Of a stretch of 64,000 nt of DNA, positions 59,528-64,000 are shown piece after piece. Position numbers and translations under genes: made by a program. Origin of the DNA: Candidatus Omnitrophota bacterium. GTDB lineage: Bacteria; Omnitrophota; Gorgyraeia; Zapsychrales; Zapsychraceae. The notes under the pieces are model-generated. The model saw only the letters and a list, made by a program, of their open reading frames with translations, had not been told where the DNA came from and made no database searches. The stretch spans positions 450 to 64,449 of the forward strand of contig JADFYJ010000015.1 in NCBI GenBank assembly GCA_015233115.1, in the 5' to 3' direction. The number at the start of each line of letters is the position of its first letter. Positions within the stretch are counted from its first letter, which is position 1.

Positions 59528-59796
59528 AGATTCGGCCCTTGTAATTTCGAGTCACGCTCGGAAACTTCTTTCGTGTATTTCGCGTCCAAATCGCTCATTT
59601 TTTGTGTGTAGTCCGCGTAGGTAATTTCCTTTTTCAAATACTGGCTTTCCAGCACGTCACGCTCTTCTTTATATTGCTGAAAATGAGGATCTTTAATAAT
59701 TGATTTCGGATCATCAATATAATCGCTCAATTTTTTCCCCTGATAAGAACAACCTAAAACCGCCAACCCCAATAATAAAATCAACCAACGTTTCAT
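59524..59796 (-). CDS. Hypothetical lipoprotein
   Basis: MKRW..LLLGLAVLGC lipobox; AAGGAG RBS. Confidence 0.75.
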   Translation of the reverse strand: MKRWLILLLGLAVLGCSYQGKKLSDYIDDPKSIIKDPHFQQYKEERDVLESQYLKKEITYADYTQKMSDLDAKYTKEVSERDSKLQGPNL

Positions 59797-59822
59797 ATGT
59801 GCTCCTTTGTGTTAATTTTGAT

Positions 59823-60095
59823 AGTAACCTAGTAACAAAGTAACCGAGTCAAAACAAAAACATTCAAAACTACCAACAAAATAATGACAAAATAAAAAAT
59901 TGAAAAAATCTTTAAACAAAAATTTATAAAAACCTATCAGCTAAAATTTTTTAAATATAATATTTTTCATCTTATAATTTATCGCTTGTAATTTCTCTCT
60001 ACTCCTTGCGACTTGCTGTTTTTTCTCTGTCATTTTATTACAATTCACCCAATCGCTTTTGCTCTGTCACTCGGTTACTCGGTTACTTTGTTACT
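59823..60095. repeat. AGTAAC-type 8-mer inverted-array element
   Basis: Left taattttgat agtaacct agtaacaa agtaaccg agtcaaaac; right aatcgcttttgct ctgtcact cggttact cggttact ttgttact. Confidence 0.9.
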
Positions 60096-60831
60096 TTTTT
60101 AGGCCCAGACCCAAATACACCAACGGTCTTAATATGCTCCACCAGCCGGTTAATGGTTTCATTTTAGTATAACCCAGTTTCTTAGAAGGATAAATTTTAG
60201 TCACTGGCGCTTCCGTAAATTTATACCCTAGCTTTAAAGTCTTAAACAATAAATACGGTTCTAATTCATATTTATCCAGCCATTCCTGATTGAGATTAAT
60301 CCGGGGATCATTTAAAATCGACAGCCGGAAAGCCCGGAATCCATTCGTCGTATCTGTCACTTTAACCCCCGTAATCACAGTCATTAAAAAAGGATGCAAT
60401 CTCGTCGCTAATTTTCGATAGAACGGCATATCGCCGCCGATCCCGTTTTTTCCTTTATAACGGGACCCTTGCACAAAATCGTATTGATCATTAACAATCG
60501 GATCAATCAATAGCGGGATCTGATCCGGATTGTCTTTATCGTTGCCTGCCATAATCACCAGAGCATCATATTGATTCTTTTGCGCGTAACGGATCACGGT
60601 ACGGATCGCCGCGCCCACGCCGCTGCGGTGGTCATGCCGTAAGGTCTTAACTCCTGATGCCGCGTAAGAACTGATCATTTCCGTCGTACCATCATCCGAA
60701 CAATCATCCATCACTAAATAGTCTACTCGTCCCCGTGCTGAACACTTTAGAAAACGTTTGATCGCATTCTCTAATTTCACATTCTCATTATACGCGATTG
60801 GACTCACTAATATTTTAAGCATCCGAAGCAA
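60091..60831 (-). CDS. Glycosyltransferase family 2 (DPM1-like)
   Basis: [32 protein letters not shown]. Confidence 0.9.
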   Translation of the reverse strand: MLRMLKILVSPIAYNENVKLENAIKRFLKCSARGRVDYLVMDDCSDDGTTEMISSYAASGVKTLRHDHRSGVGAAIRTVIRYAQKNQYDALVIMAGNDKDNPDQIPLLIDPIVNDQYDFVQGSRYKGKNGIGGDMPFYRKLATRLHPFLMTVITGVKVTDTTNGFRAFRLSILNDPRINLNQEWLDKYELEPYLLFKTLKLGYKFTEAPVTKIYPSKKLGYTKMKPLTGWWSILRPLVYLGLGLKK

Positions 60832-61372
60832 CCTTCCCTTTTTCCATTTTATATTTCTTCCCGCATGGACATTTCAAGTCGGTATTTAATTTTCGTCCAC
60901 ACCGGCAAGCTAGGCCAACGATGCGCGCCGGATTGCCAACCACGATCGTGTAGGGAGGAACATCTTTGGTTGCCACAGCACCCGCGCCCACAAACGCATA
61001 TTCACCTACAGTGATCCCACACATGACAACCGCGTTCGCCCCTAAAGTCGCTCCTTTTTTCACCGAAGTTTTTTCCAGCGTCCATGCGTCTTCGCGATGA
61101 CTCCGGGGGCAACGGTCATTAATAAAGGCAATATTCGACCCAATAAAAACATCATCCTCAATAGTTACGCCGTCAAAAATCGAAACATTATGTTTAATCG
61201 TCACATGATCGCCGATGACCGCGCCGCGCTCAATAAATGACCCGTTACACACATTGCACTCCCGTCCGATAACCGCGCCTTTTTGGATATAAACATTAGC
61301 CCAAACCCGCGTCCCGTCACCAACGATCGCGCCATCATCAACCATAGCTTTCTCATGTTTAAAAAATCCCAT
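60815..61372 (-). CDS. Hexapeptide N-acetyltransferase (WbpD/WxcM-like)
   Basis: Hexapeptide repeats, F.ND..PRS, GNPAR, C-terminal Cys cluster; start re-assigned to 61372. Confidence 0.88.
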   Translation of the reverse strand: MGFFKHEKAMVDDGAIVGDGTRVWANVYIQKGAVIGRECNVCNGSFIERGAVIGDHVTIKHNVSIFDGVTIEDDVFIGSNIAFINDRCPRSHREDAWTLEKTSVKKGATLGANAVVMCGITVGEYAFVGAGAVATKDVPPYTIVVGNPARIVGLACRCGRKLNTDLKCPCGKKYKMEKGKVASDA

Positions 61373-61420
61373 ACCGCTCCTAATTTTGCTAGTAACCATG
61401 TGACAATGTAGCAGTGTCAC

Positions 61421-62434
61421 TTATAAATTCACACATTCCCCTTTGGCATCCATTGACTTTTGAATGGCGATCAAAGTTTTGACAACGTCAGCGGCTTTTT
61501 GCGCATCAGCTTTCGACGGAGGATTATCTTTTGACATACATTCGATAAAATATTGCGCTTGCGCTTTTAATGGTTCATTCAAATTGATTTTCGGGATCAT
61601 AATACTCCCTACTTTAGATAAAAGCTGAAACTCTCCGTAAGTTTCATAAAAAGTATCCGTCTTTTCCACATGCTTATCATAAATCTTAACTGGACATTCA
61701 CTATCCAGATCATCCCAAACCAGCATTTTTTTATCGCCGACAATCGTGATCTGACGAACCTTACGCGGATCCAACCAGCTCACATGCAAATTAGCGACAA
61801 TATTATTCGGATATTCCAGAGTCGCGAAAGACAAGTCTTCTAGACGGCCGCCCAACACTTTATGTCCCCGGGCTGAAACGTTCACCGGACAATTATTAAA
61901 AAAATAATTAAAGATCGAAATATCATGCGGCGCAAGATCCCATAACGCATTCACATCATAACGGAAAGGTCCCAAATTGACGCGGGTCGCATAAGCATAA
62001 AAAATATTCCCCATATCTCCGGAATCAATGTAATCTTTGACCCAGGCAATCGTGGCGTTAAACACAAATACATGGCCGACCAGCAAGACCCGTTTTTGTT
62101 GTTCCGCTATTTTTTTTAAATCCTCGCATTCCGCGACCGTAACCGCCAAAGGCTTTTCACACAACACATGCTTATTTTTTAAAAGTGCCGCTTTCGCGAT
62201 TTCGTAATGACTTTTAGTGGGCGCCGCGATACAAACCCCGTCGATTTGAGGATTATTTAAAATTTCCTGATAATCTTTAACCGCTTGAATATTAGGATAT
62301 AATTGTTGGATGGCCTTCAGTCGATTCTCATCCAAATCCGCGCACATCAAAGAATTTGAATTAGGAAGCTGGTTAAAAATGCGGATATGATTAGGCCCCC
62401 AATGTCCGCACCCGATAACGCCCATGTTGACCAT
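61421..62434 (-). CDS. Gfo/Idh/MocA family oxidoreductase (nucleotide-sugar pathway)
   Basis: GCGHWG, EKPLA, WDLAPHD, SWLDPRK. Confidence 0.9.
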   Translation of the reverse strand: MVNMGVIGCGHWGPNHIRIFNQLPNSNSLMCADLDENRLKAIQQLYPNIQAVKDYQEILNNPQIDGVCIAAPTKSHYEIAKAALLKNKHVLCEKPLAVTVAECEDLKKIAEQQKRVLLVGHVFVFNATIAWVKDYIDSGDMGNIFYAYATRVNLGPFRYDVNALWDLAPHDISIFNYFFNNCPVNVSARGHKVLGGRLEDLSFATLEYPNNIVANLHVSWLDPRKVRQITIVGDKKMLVWDDLDSECPVKIYDKHVEKTDTFYETYGEFQLLSKVGSIMIPKINLNEPLKAQAQYFIECMSKDNPPSKADAQKAADVVKTLIAIQKSMDAKGECVNL

Positions 62435-62457
62435 ATAAAAACCCTCTCAAAAGTTAG

Positions 62458-62490
62458 AGTACAAAGTACAGAGTACAAAGTACAGAGTAT
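62458..62490. repeat. Solo 7-mer array AGTACA(A/G)
   Basis: agtacaa agtacag agtacaa agtacag agtat; reverse-complement copy of the unit at 3261-3280. Confidence 0.75.
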
Positions 62491-62575
62491 TGGTAAGTTA
62501 AACTGTCGTATTATATAGGTTTTAAGAGGGAATTAAAAGATTTTTGTTGAGGAAATGTTAGGTAATAATTTTGAA

Positions 62576-62766
62576 GTATGTCGGATGTAGTACGTGGTAT
62601 GTGGTGAAGAAAAAAACTTATATTTTAAATGTGCCCATAAGAAATAAATTACAAGCTTTAAAAATTCGTTATTGCTTATTAATTATTAATTTTTATCACC
62701 AACTGTGCTGATCCTGCCGAACCTGCGCTTGTTTTCTCTACATACGACGTACGACATACCACATAC
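62576..62766. repeat. GTATGT-type 7-mer inverted-array element after greA stop
   Basis: Left taattttgaa gtatgtc ggatgta gtacgtg gtatgtg gtgaa; right gttttctc tacatac gacgtac gacatac cacatac. Confidence 0.88.
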
Positions 62767-62771
62767 CGTTT

Positions 62772-63242
62772 TCAAGGTCTGGCAATTTTCATAATTTTAT
62801 AACGTAAAATTCCGGCCGGAACTTTAATGGTAAGTTCTTCACCGACAGCATGGCCCATCAACGCTTTCCCGATAGGAGAGGTCATGGACAATTTATTTTC
62901 TTCGTAATTAGACTCTTCCGGAGAAACCATCATATAATGGAGATCTTCCTTTGTATCCAAGTCCTTCAAGTCAACGATCGCGCCAATAAAAATTTTATCA
63001 GAAGGGATATTCTGGTCTTCCACAATCCTGACACTCATCAATCTTTCTTCCAACTCTGAAATCCGTGCCGCGTTATGCGCCTGGGCGTCTTTGGCCGCGT
63101 CATATTCCGCATTCTCTGAAATATCTCCTTGCAAACGGGCTTCTTCAATCGCGTGAGCAATTTTTAAACGCTCCGATTTTAAAGCTTCCAGTTCTGCCAT
63201 AAATTTATGATAACCAGCCCTGGTTAAATATACTTCTGCCAT
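62772..63242 (-). CDS. greA: Transcription elongation factor GreA
   Basis: GDISENAEYDAAK, SPIGKALMG, VPAG. Confidence 0.96.
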   Translation of the reverse strand: MAEVYLTRAGYHKFMAELEALKSERLKIAHAIEEARLQGDISENAEYDAAKDAQAHNAARISELEERLMSVRIVEDQNIPSDKIFIGAIVDLKDLDTKEDLHYMMVSPEESNYEENKLSMTSPIGKALMGHAVGEELTIKVPAGILRYKIMKIARP

Positions 63243-63266
63243 TTCATCTTCTCCTTATTTGAACAG

Positions 63267-63296
63267 AAAAAAGCGCGAAGCAATTTCGCGCTTTTT
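63267..63296 (-). terminator. Intrinsic terminator-like hairpin immediately upstream of greA RBS
   Basis: GCGCGAA-5 nt-TTCGCGC stem with A/T tracts on both sides (T6 on minus strand). Confidence 0.7.
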
Positions 63297-63348
63297 ACTG
63301 ATCTATCACCTATCTCTTCTCACATATCACATTACAAAATTTTAAAAA

Positions 63349-63582
63349 TTACATTTGACCTACGGCCTTTTGCATTAAAGGCAAAACAGCTTCAGTTTCA
63401 TCTTTAGTCATACGGCCTAATTTAGCAAACCGCCATTCACCTTCAGCTGTTTGATTTTCACGAGATAATTGCAATTTCTTAGCGCCTTCATTATAAGAAA
63501 AAACGCCGACTGTCACTCGGGTATCACCTAATTCAATAATCTCTTTAAATACTGACACATCTTTTGCTGGTTCGTAAGGCAT
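63349..63582 (-). CDS. Small conserved protein, possibly PC4/YdbC-like nucleic-acid binder
   Basis: FSYNEG..K.QLSRE...F.KLGR.T..E pattern; AAGGAG RBS. Confidence 0.6.
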   Translation of the reverse strand: MPYEPAKDVSVFKEIIELGDTRVTVGVFSYNEGAKKLQLSRENQTAEGEWRFAKLGRMTKDETEAVLPLMQKAVGQM

Positions 63583-63612
63583 GTTATTCTCCTTTATTGA
63601 TATTATATTTTC

Positions 63613-63701
63613 TGGTTGATAGTTGATGGTTTTTGGTTTTTAGAAAAATGTTTTATTTCAATAACCAACAACTAGCAACTAAAAACCACCAACCAAAAAC
63701 C
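63613..63701. repeat. GGTT-type inverted-array element after ybaB
   Basis: tggttga tagttga tggtttt tggtttt tagaaaaa ... aaccaac aactagc aactaaa aaccacc aaccaaa aacc. Confidence 0.85.
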
Positions 63702-63725
63702 CGCGCATAAAAAATTATGCCGCGT

Positions 63726-64000
63726 TTAAAATCCCGGCAGTCCCGGCATGAGCGCGCGCATTTTTTCAGCGGCTACGCCTTGAGATTTTTTCACCGCACC
63801 GTTAAAACTCCGCATCAAATCTTTTTGAAGCCGGTCTTTATTTTTTTCGCCTAACATAGCCGAATCTATATCAATGGCTTTTATAGACTGCGCGCCATTC
63901 ATGGTAATCTTAATTCCGCGCACTTCTTCACATTGCACATCCGTCGCTTCCAGCTCGCGCTTGATGCGATCCGCTTGATTCTTCATCTCCATCAATTCTT
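63726..64000 (-). CDS. ybaB: YbaB/EbfC family nucleoid-associated protein (5' end outside window)
   Basis: K.QA..I..EL...V, I.I.MNG...I..I.ID, L.....N.A pattern, GLPGF tail; frame open to window edge. Confidence 0.8.
   Translation of the reverse strand, partial: ELMEMKNQADRIKRELEATDVQCEEVRGIKITMNGAQSIKAIDIDSAMLGEKNKDRLQKDLMRSFNGAVKKSQGVAAEKMRALMPGLPGF

Noticed and set aside
63702-63724. Terminator after ybaB
   Set aside because: Stem is weak and bulged and lacks a clean U-tract separate from the repeat arm

Overview
AT-rich (~38-40% GC by eye) bacterial chromosome segment, almost entirely transcribed on the minus strand. The gene set and protein idiosyncrasies (LpxC-FabZ fusion, zinc-ribbon SpoVG, giant secreted protein with a characteristic N-terminal domain and GGIDLN C-terminus) suggest a PVC-superphylum organism, probably Ca. 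Omnitrophota (inference, not a database result). Left part: cysK(partial)-metY-Rrf2, bamA-skp-lpxD-lpxC/fabZ-lpxA-lpxI, hisG-bS22-like-TPR-ispE-spoVG-tRNA-Gln-GIY-YIG-glmU-prs-rplY-pth-rpsF-ssb-rpsR-rplI-dnaB. Centre: an 11.6-kb gene for a 3871-aa protein bracketed by two type II toxin-antitoxin pairs, then a PAS-kinase cluster. Right part: housekeeping, RNA-modification, signalling and glycosylation genes up to greA and ybaB. The two most striking unexplained signals are (1) the giant protein, which is divided into modules by a recurring D-A-A-M motif and whose last four modules each carry an internal twin-arginine (Tat-like) signal, i.e. a candidate polyprotein/effector-array system, and (2) a family of about 18 intergenic elements or solo arms bounded by inverted arrays of 7-, 8- or 9-bp tandem repeats; the repeat units differ between subfamilies but share an inner AATCG(C/T)TTTT motif and often an outer TAATTTTG, and they sit directly after stop codons inside core operons.
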